DNA of 64,000 bases. It comes from Octopus vulgaris (lineage: Eukaryota). Shown in pieces: positions 1 through 13,056 of this stretch. The translations under genes and the position numbers were made by a program. Position 1 is the stretch's first letter. Every line of letters begins with the position of its first letter. The notes below the pieces were generated by a model. It saw only the letters and a list, made by a program, of their open reading frames with translations, did not search any database and was not told where the DNA came from. Location: assembly GCA_951406725.2 (NCBI GenBank), contig OX597819.1, forward strand, positions 80,352,001 through 80,416,000. Direction: 5' to 3'.

Positions 1-1430
1 TTTAATTGGTCTATCATGTATTTCTTCCGCAATATTAAAAATTACATCATTACACTTTTCAGAACACCGCTAATTTCCCTGACGATTTAAGGATAATCTC
101 AGAAACTCGTCTGAGCCGTTTTACAGATGCCTTTTGTTTTTATTACATTTCGTAATTGTTATGAAATCTAAAATAAATACTTAGTTTTAAAATTTTCATA
201 AGAATTATTCCCCTTGTAATATCTTAGAGTTACGGCATATAACAGGAAACAATTGCTATTTCTCACAAGATTAATGTGCTAGAATACCTTCGTGAAAGGT
301 CGTCGTTCTAATATTGTCCGATAAAATTAGTAGAAATGCTGTCCCATGTTATATATATTGACTATACAAGAAGTTCTGACATTGACAAATACCGAGGCCA
401 CACACATACCAATAGTATGTAAGTGTAATGTTTTTTACTTCTTTCGTTTTATCAATGAGAAGACAAATTACTGTATGCATCAACGTAATTCTTCTTTCTT
501 CGCCTATTTTATTAAACATAGCAATTTTCTCGTCCTCTTTTCAAACATCACATCACTTTCAGTGAAAAAGACGGGAGAATAATAATGTGTGTGTATGTGT
601 GTGTGTGTGTTTCTGGGAGTATGGATATATTCGTGCATACTCGTTAGTGTGCATGTATGTATGCATGTATTCGTACATGCATATATGTATGTGTGCATAT
701 ATACAGGCATGTATGTTTTTATAAAGGTTTATATGTATGTATACTTGTATGTATCATGTATATATGTATACATATCAGAGCATTTCATCTCAATAGCGAA
801 CCTGAATGAATATTTATTAAATGTGCACATGTTGACATTTAACATATAATTTATCCAGTCACAGTCTCAGTAGTAAAGTTCTTCTATTTGATACTCGCTG
901 CTGACGACATACATTGATATGTAAATGAATATCAACGTCTGTTTCTCATAAAATATTGTATAAGTAGCTCTTAGCTGCTTCACCTTTTTTCTGTAGAACA
1001 GATACGAGTCGATACTCCTTAAGAGTGGGCAATAAGCAGTAGAAACTACACAGGCACGCTCAGGTTTCTCTTGCAGATAGAGGGCTATGGTTTTGCTATT
1101 TGATATGTATGCACATATGTATGTCTGTGTGTATATACACACCATGGATCCACGTTATCTAAGAAACGTTTCATATTCGATCTTGGCACCATGACACCGA
1201 CAAGTTTAAAAAAACAAAACAATATTCCTTCTACTCCTAGACCTCCTTTTCCTCCCCTCTCTCCACATATTTTCCCTTCATCTCATTGGTCACTCTGACT
1301 GCTTTTCCTCATTTCATTACTTTTTCCTCTCCCTTAGCGCTCTGTTTCTCTTACCATTCTTTGTTCACGTATGAAGCGCACGTAGTCTTACGTTCCTACT
1401 CAATTGCAGCCATATATATATGTTTAACAG

Positions 1431-1568
1431 AAGCTTGCTTCCGAACCACATGGTTCCGGGTTCAGTCCCACTGCGTGGCAACTTGGCCAAGTGTCTTCTA
1501 CTTTAGTCTCGGGCCGACTAAAGCCTTGCAAGTGGATTTGGTAGACGGAAACTGAAAGAAGCACGTCG

Positions 1569-1570
<2 letters not shown>
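1431..1570 (+). mobile_element. SINE family A, partial head (tRNA B-box plus CORE-like segment)
   Basis: GGTTCCGGGTTCAGTCCCACTGCGTGGCAACTTGGCCAAGTGTCTTCTAC...GACGGAAACTGAAAGAAGCACGTCG closely matches 63776-63940 and the reverse complements of 16088-16228 and 50370-50536; runs into (TA)/(TG) repeats. Confidence 0.8.
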
Positions 1571-1601
<31 letters not shown>

Positions 1602-1612
1602 AATTATGTATG

Positions 1613-1646
<34 letters not shown>

Positions 1647-1844
1647 TGTATCTATCTATCTAACAATCTATGTATCTATGTATGTGTATATGCTTGTCAC
1701 GGAATATTTATACATGCATATAGATAGTAATAGACACTTACATAAATGTCAGTGGCACCAATATTGATAGTATAACATATACATACATACATAAATACAT
1801 ACATAGATACATATGTATATATATACATATATACATACATATAC

Positions 1845-1920
<76 letters not shown>

Positions 1921-2185
1921 TTACATGATTTAGTGCAGCTATAGAATGAATACTTGTATGATATACGCCATTTTTTTTTATTTATTATTTTATATTTAAT
2001 TCATTTTATATGTAAGTGTTTGTTTTCCAATTTATTATTGTTCTGTATTTATTGCTAATGCGCAATATTGTTTTTGCCGCTAATTATTTTCATATGATCT
2101 GATGTGCTGGAAGAAATTCAGAACTAAATAGACCATTGAACACACAAATCGTTATCGCCCATGTAGTCTTTCTATGTACGCATGG

Positions 2186-2216
<31 letters not shown>

Positions 2217-2518
2217 TGTATGTATGTATGTATGTATGTATGTATGTATGTATGTATGCATGTATGTATGTATGTATGCATGCGTCTATGAACGTTTGTA
2301 TGTATGTATGTCAGTTTCTATGTATATATGTTTAGGTGAGTGTATATGTGTGTATGCGTGTGTGTATTTGTGTATTTGTGTGTATGTGTGTGTGGGGGGT
2401 ACATGTACATGTATGTATCTATGTGTGAAAGTGTGTTTGGATAGATGGAAATACAAATGTATATATACATACGTAAATTTATATGCGAGATGCATTTATG
2501 TGCGCGCGCGCACACACA

Positions 2519-2616
<98 letters not shown>

Positions 2617-2618
2617 GT

Positions 2619-2701
<83 letters not shown>

Positions 2702-2914
2702 TCCATATTGTACTTGTGTGTGCCGAAATTTTGATATATAACATATATATAAATGTGTATACATATTTGTGTATATATACATTTGTGTGCGTGTGTGTGA
2801 CTGTGTGTGCATACATATCTATATTTATATATATATATACGCGTGTGTGTGTATATATTTATGCTTGTATTGTGTGTACACACACGCGCACACGCACACA
2901 AAACACACACACAC

Positions 2915-2962
<48 letters not shown>

Positions 2963-3534
2963 CCCTACATACATGTGTTCGTTGTAGTGTGTATGTATAT
3001 ACATGTATGTCTGTGATATGTATATTCACGGTACTGATATACTGATATTAGTAAACACTATGAAAGCTTATAATTTTAACAGTGTTTTCTCTAGTGTGAG
3101 AGATATATCTCTCTCTGTAGGTCGCATCTATGAGTAGATAGATTTCTATTCCTCCCGCACATGTTCAATATTGTTGGCTTCAGTTTACTTTCTTATTGAC
3201 GCTATGAAATGGATAACCGTAATAGAATCCCATCTCACAAGTTGTTGTTGTTCTACTTCGTCTTCTTCTTCTTCTTGGTGGTGGTAGCGGTTTGGAAGAG
3301 GGAAGAGATGGTGCTAGTGCTGCAGTGGTTAGTGGTGTTGTTAAATCCTTTCTTTATTCTATATTTTTGTTTCTCTTGAATCACGGTGCTTATCTTCGGT
3401 TTCCGTAACGTTGAGAGCGCACGAAAAACAAATCTCTTCACTCCCTCTGGGATATGACGCTAGTCTAACGCCCAAACCGGAATTTATTTTGTTTCCTATT
3501 TTTATTTATTTATTTTTTTCAATTTTTTTTTTTT

Positions 3535-3602
3535 TTACTTGTTTCAGTTATTAAACTGCAGCCATGCTGGAGCAGCGCCTTGAAGAATTTTTAGTCGGAT
3601 GA
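3535..3602 (-). mobile_element. SINE/LINE-type 3' tail fragment
   Basis: Reverse complement AAGGCGCTGCTCCAGCATGGCTGCAG...CTGAAACAAGTAAAAA is the tail also seen at 14279-14328, 15745-15795, 27120-27172 and 50128-50182. Confidence 0.65.
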
Positions 3603-3605
3603 ATC

Positions 3606-3706
3606 AGCCTATGGCGTAATGGTTAAGAGCGCGGGCTACTAACCCCAAGATTCCGAGTTTGATTCCAAGCAGTGACCTGAACAACAACAACAACAAAAAC
3701 AACAAC

Positions 3707-3768
<62 letters not shown>

Positions 3769-3910
3769 CAACAACAACATCGAAAAATACATTAGGAATG
3801 AAAACCCAAGTTCGAAATTTCTCCAAGGCACTTGATGAAGGCTGGAGAGCACGTTGTGTTAACAACAAACAGGATGAAGACAAATATCCGTCGAATGTAA
3901 ATAATATAAA
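3606..3910 (+). mobile_element. tRNA-derived SINE (family E) with internal (AAC)/(AAT)n tract
   Basis: A-box-like TGGCGTAATGG and B-box-like GAGTTTGATTCC, then (AAC/AAT)n at about 3680-3778, then a unique tail ending in AATGTAAAT repeats. Confidence 0.65.
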
Positions 3911-4375
3911 TAATGTAAATAATGTGCAATATATTTAAAGCTTTAATTAGTTTCACAGTTTATACTGATTTTCAAAAACAGAAAAAAGGGCTTATGTCAC
4001 AGCTGTTTTGTTTCTGACTAGTGTTTGAAGCTTTCCCTATTTTTATAGTGTTCATGGCTCAAATTAGTATATGTTTTGAATAGGATTTGATTGGTAGAGG
4101 ATAGTTACATGACTGGTCTTCAAATTTTTTGTAGGTTCCCTGCTATGTTCGTGTGTTAGTAGTATCAAGTGACGACGTTTGCCGTCGTAAGTTAAGGCTG
4201 ACACGGTTGACTGAACATGTCCAAACAATCAATGCTCTGAATGTTTTCTGTCAAGTGTTTGTAGAGAATGAACACATAATTAAGTTTATAACCTTTTGTA
4301 CCTTTCCGCAACGTCCGAGTGTTAGTGTCACGAGACGGTATATTTTGTGCCTAAAATGAAGGTCGACACGGTTGA

Positions 4376-5560
4376 GTGAACATGTTTAGTTTCAATCAAG
4401 AAAACTGGAATCGTTACTTAGACGACTGCCTAATCCTATGGGTGCACGTATTTGATCAACTTATAGATTTAAAAACTCTAATCAACAGCGTAAACGATAA
4501 TATTAATTTTACCTTAGAATGCAATAAAAGTCAACAACCGTTCCTGGATATACTAATCATCAAAAGAAACATCATTGAAACAGATATTCACTATAAACAA
4601 ACAGATTCTAAACAATACTTACTCTTCTTCTCATGCAATCCTAAACACACGAAGAATAATATTCCCTTTAATCTGCACAATTGAAACGAGCCTGAAACGA
4701 GCAATAAAAGACTCCAGGAACTAAAACAAGTACTACTTAAAAGACAATATCCATTAATGTTAATATACAACGGAATAGAAAGTACCAAAGCAATGAATAT
4801 CGAAGAACTATGAAAAACGGAAAACGCTCCAGAGACAACCAATACTCAATTCTATATTACAAGATAGTGGAGGAGCGTGGCTTAGTAGTTAGGGTGTCAG
4901 CACCATGTTCATAAGATTGTGGTTTCGATTCCTGGACCGGGCGACGCGTTGTGTTCCTGAGCAAAACAGTTCATTTCACGTTGCTCCAGTCCACTCAGCT
5001 GGCAAAAATGAGTAACGCTGCGATGGACTGGTGTCCCGTCCAGCTGGGAAACACATACACCATAGAAACCGGGAAACCGGGCCCATGAGCCTGACTAGTC
5101 TTTAAAAGGGCGCATTTATTTATTTATTATATTACAAGATAACCCAAGAAACACAGAGGTTTACAATAGTATTCACCGGAACATCCCACTACTAAAGCAA
5201 GACCCAAAAATGAAACAAGCATTCGAAATACACAAAATAATCAAAAGTAAAAGACAATCAAAGTCCATCAAAAAATTCCTCCCAAGTGCTAAATTATCTT
5301 CCTTAATTCCTATATCAACAGTCAAAAAGTCTGGCCGCCCCAATTCCGGGACTTGCATCAATGTTATTGAAGAGACAGCATGCAAATTCATATCTGGACA
5401 GATTTTTACCGTAAAAAAATCATTTTACATGTTCTTCAAGGAATTTAATATATACTATCAAATGTCAAAGAGATAATGAAGATTACATAAGTCAAACAAA
5501 GCTTACTCTAAGAAACAGACTGAACATTTACCGGCAAGTAGAAATAAATCACGTTATATC
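4376..5560 (+). mobile_element. Degenerate Penelope-like retroelement (RT, thumb, GIY-YIG), interrupted by a SINE
   Basis: RYLDDC...PFLDILI...TDIHYKQTDSKQYLLFFSCNPKHTKNNIPFNL (PLE RT/thumb); downstream KSGRPNSGTC and NLIYTIKCQRDNEDYISQTKLTLRNRL (GIY-YIG-like); stops and frameshifts present. Confidence 0.85.
4867..5127 (+). mobile_element. tRNA/CORE-like SINE family C, full length with 14-bp TSD
   Basis: A box TGGCTTAGTAG, B box GGTTTCGATTCC, CORE-like GTGTTCCTGAGCAAAACA, (TTTA)n tail; TATATTACAAGATA at 4853-4866 and 5128-5141. Confidence 0.9.
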
Positions 5561-6340
5561 ACATCTGCAAAGTCTTTTGATCTCAAATTTATTCAATGTT
5601 GATTTGAAACTGAAGAAGAACAAAAAAAAAAAAAGCAGAAAATCAAAATTTGGAGGCGTGTTCTTACAAACTATTAAATATGAATAACTACTCTTCAATA
5701 GATATGCACGACATTCAACTAAGGAAAACATGAAAGAAAATTACATTGAAATAAGATTGATCTTATTTCATGGCATTGCGTATTGATTAAATTATTCTAG
5801 TAGTTTCCTGGTCTGTAATTTTATTATTAAATTTGTCAAAGATATATTGTATCTTGGGAGGGTCATTACAAAAACAGAGCTTCTTAAAGATATTTGCAAG
5901 CTTAGATTTATGAAATGCATTTAGATTCACTCTGCCGTAAGGCTTCATTTCCACACACACCAGCTGAATTCAATTCGTCCCCAGTCGAAAGACGCCTGTT
6001 GTTATGTCCGGTTATTAGTATTATTATTGTTTTTTTCTATTGTATTTTTGTATTTATATTCGTGTAACATCGTCTGTTTTCCCGTCCTTGTTTCGTATAC
6101 ATTCGATGCTTTTTTCCAAGGAATCTAATGATTTTAGCTTAGTTTTTTCTTTGGGGCTGGTCAGATTGGAGCAATCTCAAGATTAATCAGCCGAAATTGC
6201 GAGGATGATCTGGTTCTTGACTGAAGATATAAGGCTTCGAATGACCCGTCCGTGTTTTTTGTATCGTCTATCTGGATGTTTTGTTATCTCTTTTTGTATC
6301 ACCTAGTTGTTCGGATGTTTTGCGTTCTGTCCCATTTTTT

Positions 6341-6427
<87 letters not shown>

Positions 6428-6439
6428 CTAATTGACACA

Positions 6440-6540
6440 ATCATCGGTTCGATTTCCACTCATTTATTTATTTTTTCTAAAATTTTTGTTGCTTCTTGCA
6501 ACCTCTTCAATAGTCGTTGACTTCGTCCGTTATCGGAGCT
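6440..6540 (-). mobile_element. Single-arm relative of the hammerhead-bearing fold-back family
   Basis: TTTCCACTCATTT...CTAAAATTTTTGTTGCTTCTTGCAACCTCTTCAATAGTC aligns with 9950-10016 and 35376-35443. Confidence 0.65.
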
Positions 6541-6917
6541 GCGTTCTTTTTGTTTGGATGTTTGTGTGCATGTGTGCGTGAGTGTCAGTGTACATGTGTA
6601 TACATATATGCATGCATGCATGTATGTATGTTTGTATGTATGTGTGTGTATGTATGTAAGTATATATGTTTGTATATTTGTATGTTTACATAGCAGCTTT
6701 CTTTCCGTAACTTACAAAGCCTTTCGGTTTGTTTACACACACACACACACACACACACGTATATGTTTATAGTTTAGGACAATCAGTATGTTATAATTAT
6801 AGTACTCAGAGTTTCAAATGCGGGGGCGAAGAGCTACCATGCATTCTCGTCGGCTATTAATGGCAATAGACGCTATGAAAAACCGTTCAATAAAAGGGAA
6901 GTTACAACATATATATG

Positions 6918-6965
<48 letters not shown>

Positions 6966-7052
6966 GTTGCTGCTACTACTACTACTACTGCTACTACCAC
7001 TACTACTACTGCTGCTGCTACTACTACTACAACAACTACTACTACTACTACA

Positions 7053-7146
<94 letters not shown>
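6918..7146. repeat. Compound (ACT)n/(AAT)n microsatellite
   Basis: Direct reading. Confidence 0.95.
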
Positions 7147-7149
<3 letters not shown>

Positions 7150-7703
7150 GCCCTGATGCAGTACCAGGCAGTGGCTCTCATGGCTTCTGATCTTAACTGA
7201 TTGGAAGTGTTATCATGTACATTGTTTTGTCTTGGTATAAAAGATGGGCTACAACAAATATTCTGCTCAATACCACAGATTTGCTTGTCAGTTGTTTGAC
7301 CTTAACCAGTTGAGCATGTCCCTTAGTGGCTGACGATATGTGCATCTCTGATCACGAGCAGAAGTAGTGGGGGAGCATCATAGCCATGTGATGAGAGGGA
7401 TTCTTTGGGGTTTGAATAATTCACCTCTGGAAACATGGGTGGTTCTTTCAACATCCTTAAACAATCCTTATTCAGGGACCTTTTGAGCGGGATGGGTTAC
7501 TCGACCAGAAGAAAATTCTAACTGGGCCCCACCTGCAAGGTCATGTGCTGTTTATCTTGATATGAGATCACCATGTCGCGCACATATGGTTGTGATGCAT
7601 GTGCCTGGTGTACCTTTATCAGACGGGTAGTCATGATGGGTATATTGGGCTTCGTATATTTTACCCCAGTGTCACTTTGATGGCATGCACTGCTCTCTCA
7701 CTC
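7147..7703. mobile_element. About 560-bp non-coding element embedded in (AAT)n
   Basis: High-complexity block, higher in GC than its flanks, with (AAT)n directly on both sides (7089-7146 and 7704-7725); no long ORF. Confidence 0.6.
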
Positions 7704-7999
7704 AATAATAATAATAATAATAATAACACAACGAAGACCAGCTTTATTGATAGTAGTTACTAAATCAAGTTGGCGAAGTTGGTGAATTACGTTATGTAAT
7801 CTGACCTTAGTTAAACATTTAGGATATCAAATATGGCAGTTTTGTGACGTCACTAAGATCGTTTCCTTTCCAGCTACCACTCGTTCTTCGTTAGGCCTTT
7901 ATCAACCTTTCGGGCTTACCTTACCCCAGCCTCTTTCACCTCTTTATATCTCACTACATGCACACATACATAAATATATACATACACACACATATATAT

Positions 8000-8032
<33 letters not shown>

Positions 8033-8133
8033 CACACATATATATATAAATATATATATACTCATATATATATATATAAATACATATATATATATACATA
8101 TATATAAATACATAGCTACATATATATGTATAC

Positions 8134-8194
<61 letters not shown>

Positions 8195-8589
8195 CACACA
8201 AACAAACGTACATATATCTGTGTTTCGTCGATTCCTCGGGAGGAAGGACAAAAGATGTGTATATATGTATATGCGCGCGTATGTATGTATATCTCTATGT
8301 TTACATATGTACGTACATACATATGTATAAATACATATATATACATTACATATATAAACATATGTATATATACATGCATACTCTTGTGTGTGTGTGTGTG
8401 TGTATGTATCACTGTGTGTGTGTCTCTGTGTGTGTGTATGTGTGTATCGCTCTATGCTCCATTGCTCCTACGCACTCGTTTGTCCCAGGAGGAAAGTGGA
8501 CAAAAATGTAACTTACCACAAAGTAATTTCTCAATTTCAGCTCTTTGTATACTTTTGAATCTTTATGGTCGATTTACTGTGCAATGCTG

Positions 8590-8997
8590 GTTGTCGTAAC
8601 GGTGACAGTAGCAGTGGTGACAGTAGCAGTGGTGACAGTGCGGATAATGATGTCTTCTGGTCGTCACTCTAGCGGCAGTGAAGGTGGTGGTGGTGGCGGC
8701 GGTGAAGGTGGTGGTGGCGGTTGTGTAGTGTTGGTGGTGTCAATGGTAGTTGTCGTGTTGGTAATGATGGTGGTGGTGGTGGTGGTGGTGGTGGTGGTGA
8801 AGATAATGGTAGTCGTAGTGTAGGTGGTGGCGATGTTGATGACTGATCATATTGATTGTGGTGCATATCACATTAATAATTGTTGTAGATGAAATGATGA
8901 TGAGGAGGATTAAGAAGAGAAGGGGAGGGGAGAGAAGAATGACGATGATGATGGTGAGAAGGAGGAGGTGGAAGAGGAGGTTGATGACGACGTCGAT

Positions 8998-9028
<31 letters not shown>

Positions 9029-9130
9029 GGGAGGACGAGAACGAGGAAGTGGACATGACGACAACGCTGAAGATGACGATTATAATGAGAAATATCATGA
9101 TGATGGTCATGATGAGGAAAACGATAATAA
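8590..9130. repeat. Degenerate GGT/GAT/GAC/GAG trinucleotide low-complexity tract
   Basis: Direct reading; gives homopolymer-rich ORFs in several frames. Confidence 0.85.
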
Positions 9131-9827
9131 TTAATTTGCTGTTGGCAAGGAACGGGTAAGAAATATTCAGCTACTTCCCGTTTATGCATTACATAAGCAG
9201 TTTTCTCTCTCAAAGTATTTGTGAAAATTTCAGATCGAACGATACCCAACATATTAAAAAGCTATTCTTACTCGTACATGAGAACGATGCTAATGTAGTT
9301 GTTTTGCTCAATATCATCCCTACTTGTGCAGACCTATAAACAAATGCGAACTGACGTTGACCATGCTATAATCGTTTTACCCTCTTTCTCTTTCTTACTT
9401 ATTTTTTCAGGGTCAGAATATCTAGGATTTTATTAAAAATGCAATCCTATATATATTGAGCCTCCTTTTCTATTTTTAGGCCGTACAGTGTGATACGAGA
9501 AAAATTTCACTGGAATTTCTTGTAGCCCGAGCGACCATTAAGCATAATATTTTCTAAATATTAGCAAATGGAATCATCAGAATTCGTCTTCTATATCGGC
9601 ATTCAAAGACGGATCTAACTTAAAATCCCAACACTCTCTGATGTGAATTTTAGAAACTCAGTTTAGGAAATATCAGCTTGACGGTTTCTTATTTGGATCC
9701 ACTGGCACAGTATGTCTGTCACACGATGAATGCAGGCATTATAATTGTGGTTGAGGATTAATCCAGGTCAACTCAAATCGAGTAGTTCTATTACCAAAGT
9801 TATTAAAACGCGATAATACCGTCTTTT

Positions 9828-10168
9828 CGTTTTGGGATTTGGTTTGCAAGATTCTTTATGTGAGTTCGTGTGTTGACGCGTATTCTGTTGTGTTTGGGGA
9901 GAGTCATTCTCTTTATGTGCCTTATAATTTAACACACTCACCGGTAAAATTTCCACTTATTTCTTATTTTTATTTTCCTAAAATTTTCGTTGCGTCTTGC
10001 AACATTTTCAATAGTCTTGACTCTGTCCGTTGTCAAGACTATTGAAAAGGTTGCAAGATACAACAATAATTTTAGGAAAATAAAAATAAGGAATAAGTGG
10101 AAATTTTACCGGTGTGTGTGTTAAATTATAAACCACAAAAAGAAAATGACTCTCCCCAGACACAACAG
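9828..10168. mobile_element. Fold-back (inverted-arm) element with hammerhead-like motif, copy 1
   Basis: About 140-bp inverted arms around a centre near 10026; AATACCGTCTTTT duplicated at 9815-9827 and 10169-10181; second copy at 35253-35572. Confidence 0.85.
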
Positions 10169-10699
10169 AATACCGTCTTTTACTTTTCAGTTAACCTAGT
10201 CAATACCATTTTCTTTCTCTATTTTCTCTATATTTTCTATATAAGTGCAAAAGCTATTTTCTCTATAAGTGCAAAAGCTTGAAACGTTGGACATTTCTCC
10301 TCAAATAAACCGACTATACTTAATAAGATTCTACGAACTCTTCTGCTAATTAATTGCTGCTCACGCAGACCTCAACTTTTGTTCGGATTGCAGTTTTATA
10401 CTTCAAGTAGAAGCTACTCTTATCTCTGAAGAGACCAGAAATATCTGACAAATAACATTGAAATAATCGATCGAAATTTCAGCAATTCAGGAAAAACAGT
10501 ACGTATTAGATATTTATCTAAGCTGGTTAGCTAGAAAATTCGTACGTCTTTAGAGCATCAAAGGAAAGAAGTACCACGGAGTTGGTTTTTTTTTTGCTTG
10601 ATATTTTTCTTCCAGTGCTGGATTGGCGATGCTACTAATAGTAAATAATAATAGGGTATTTTTTTAAATTTACATTTTATGCTTTATCGTTCTTCATAG

Positions 10700-10870
10700 G
10701 ACTGCGGTCTTAGAGAATTTAGTCGTACAAATTGACACTAAGGCTTTTATTTCATCTAGTACTTATTCTATCGGCCTCTTTTTACCGAACTACTAATTTA
10801 CGGGGACGTAAACAAACCAACACCGAGTGTCAAGCGATAGGTGGGGAACGAAGACACAAAGTGACACACA
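10700..10870 (-). mobile_element. SINE family A, 3' half
   Basis: Matches 15760-15925 and 50150-50330 (TAGTACTTATTCTATCGGCCTCTTTTTACCGAAC...GGGGACGTAAACAAACCAACACC). Confidence 0.7.
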
Positions 10871-11848
10871 CACATATACATACATATTCATTTATATATA
10901 CCTATTTATACATACATATCTATATACATACATATATATATATACATACACACACACATATATATATAATATCAGAAAAGGCATAAATGATGGGCGTTAT
11001 ATATTTTCTTCTTCGTGCAGTTTTGACTCGTAGTTGCTTTTGCATAGCATTAGAGCGTCTATCATTCGAAGCGCAGACTCTGACGAAGATAGCATTAGTT
11101 TTTGTTTTTTTTTCTAGAAGCAGCTGTAAGTCTTTTGCACGAATAAAGGAATACGTAAAGCTCATTACTTATGCTATTTTATTGTATATTACTCTGTGAA
11201 AACGACTAGTTTAACTGGGAAAACAACCATGGGTTTACAAAACTGACTGATGATGGACTCCAGTATCGGACCCTGTCATAGGATCATGTGGAGTTCTTTA
11301 CTAATCTGAAGACGTTTTGTTAGCCTGATGTATTTGTAGCAACAGAACTTCTGAAGTATTTTGCCCGGATTGACTATCTTTCATTAATAACTTTGAAAGG
11401 CCCTGAATAAAAATCGCATGGATGCTGCTCTTCTCTAACTGACTAAACTGTAATAATAATAAAAAAATATATGCAACTAATATACTTTTTGTTACGTACT
11501 ACTATCTAGAGATAAATTAATAAAATGAAAAATAAAACAGATTATGTGTAATATAGTTATGGCCACTTATTTTATTAATGCCTTGTCAATTTGACAATGA
11601 AAAAATGGAGGACGTACTGTTATTGATATATGCTTGAGGGACATCAGTCGCCTTAAGCCTGCCCTGCATTGATCTTCTAATCAGATATTAGATTAACTTC
11701 TAACATTGAAGAATACAAAAATCCTTTCAGAATTAAAATTTCAAATAAGGAATTAAGATGTTGGATAGAGAAGTAATCCTTTAAAAATACAGAAATCTGT
11801 GATCGATATGAAGCAACTGGTTATGTCCGTTCTAAAGCTGATTCTTAA

Positions 11849-12071
11849 TTAACCTTTTGTATTCCGAATACTCTTTCAAATGTAATTTTTATTTATTTAC
11901 ATTGTTTTCAATTTATTATACATTATCTTATAGCTTTGGGATTTCGATGATGTGATTATTTTCAATATGACGTTGTCGGATAGGTGCGAGAAGCTGGACC
12001 TGGCCAGTTTGAAATTGAAACAGGTATAATATTAGAGCCGGATATGGCTGGTTAAAATGTTAAAGTGTTGA
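11849..12071. mobile_element. Possible decayed piggyBac-type MITE
   Basis: Imperfect inverted ends TTAACCTTTTGTATT ... AATGTTAAAGTGTTGA, about 220 bp apart. Confidence 0.4.
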
Positions 12072-12476
12072 ATCTATTATTTTGCTTGCTCCTTGTATAT
12101 TACTGGTACACTTCTAAACGGCATTTGTGATATGAAAATTCAAAAGCAAACACATCTTCGATGAGTGACACTATCGAAGTCACATAATTATGTAGTTGCA
12201 TTTTTGGTGTGATGATGGAGCGAGAGGGTTGAAGGTGAAGGGTCCCATCCCGTTATTTAGTCAAAACGAAGTGTTCAAAGACATTGGCAACAACATAAAC
12301 AGAATATTCAAAGAAATAATCAGAAACATTCTCTTCATAGCTTAAATTTAGATTGTTTCTATAACAAATATAGCGATTAGCTTCACAACCAAAACGCATA
12401 GGCACACACACACATTCATATATACACGCGCGTGCATACATACACACAATCGCACACAATTATACTCATACATACA

Positions 12477-12520
<44 letters not shown>

Positions 12521-13006
12521 CACAAGTATACACTATCACATACATACACACATAAACAAGCTAGTTCGCACCTACACACGTATGTACAGACGAAGCTCAT
12601 AAAACAAAGCAAAAATGTAAAGAAAGCCATTTCGATTTGAAGACAACTTCTATTAGATATTAAACAATGATAGTTTATGATAAGAAAACTTGCTACCATC
12701 TTAACCAATGATATTCCGTGACCCACAAGGGTCATAGAATTGTATTAAGCATAGTTTTCTGTCAAAATTTAATTATAGATTGTCTATAATTCATAGATAT
12801 TAGAAAATGAAAATTCTTTTTAAAAAAAATGTCAAAGAAAGAAACAAATAAAATATTCCCGGCATTCAATGCAAACCTAGAGTTGGTTGATGTGGGAGTG
12901 GGAGAGAAATGGGTGAGAATAAAGAGGACAGAGAGGGAGAAAGGAAGTAGTGAAAACGAGAGGAAAGGAATTTGAAGAAGGTGAATGAAAGTGAGACAGT
13001 CAGAAA

Positions 13007-13056
<50 letters not shown>

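Noticed and set aside
5995-6343. T-rich block ending at (AT)n, possibly a TE end
   Set aside because: No second copy, terminal repeat or coding motif in the window to support a call
10421-10485. CTGAAGA-GACC...GATC-GAAATTTC-AG as a hammerhead
   Set aside because: Stem II is mismatched, stem I is only 2 bp, and there is no second copy in the window
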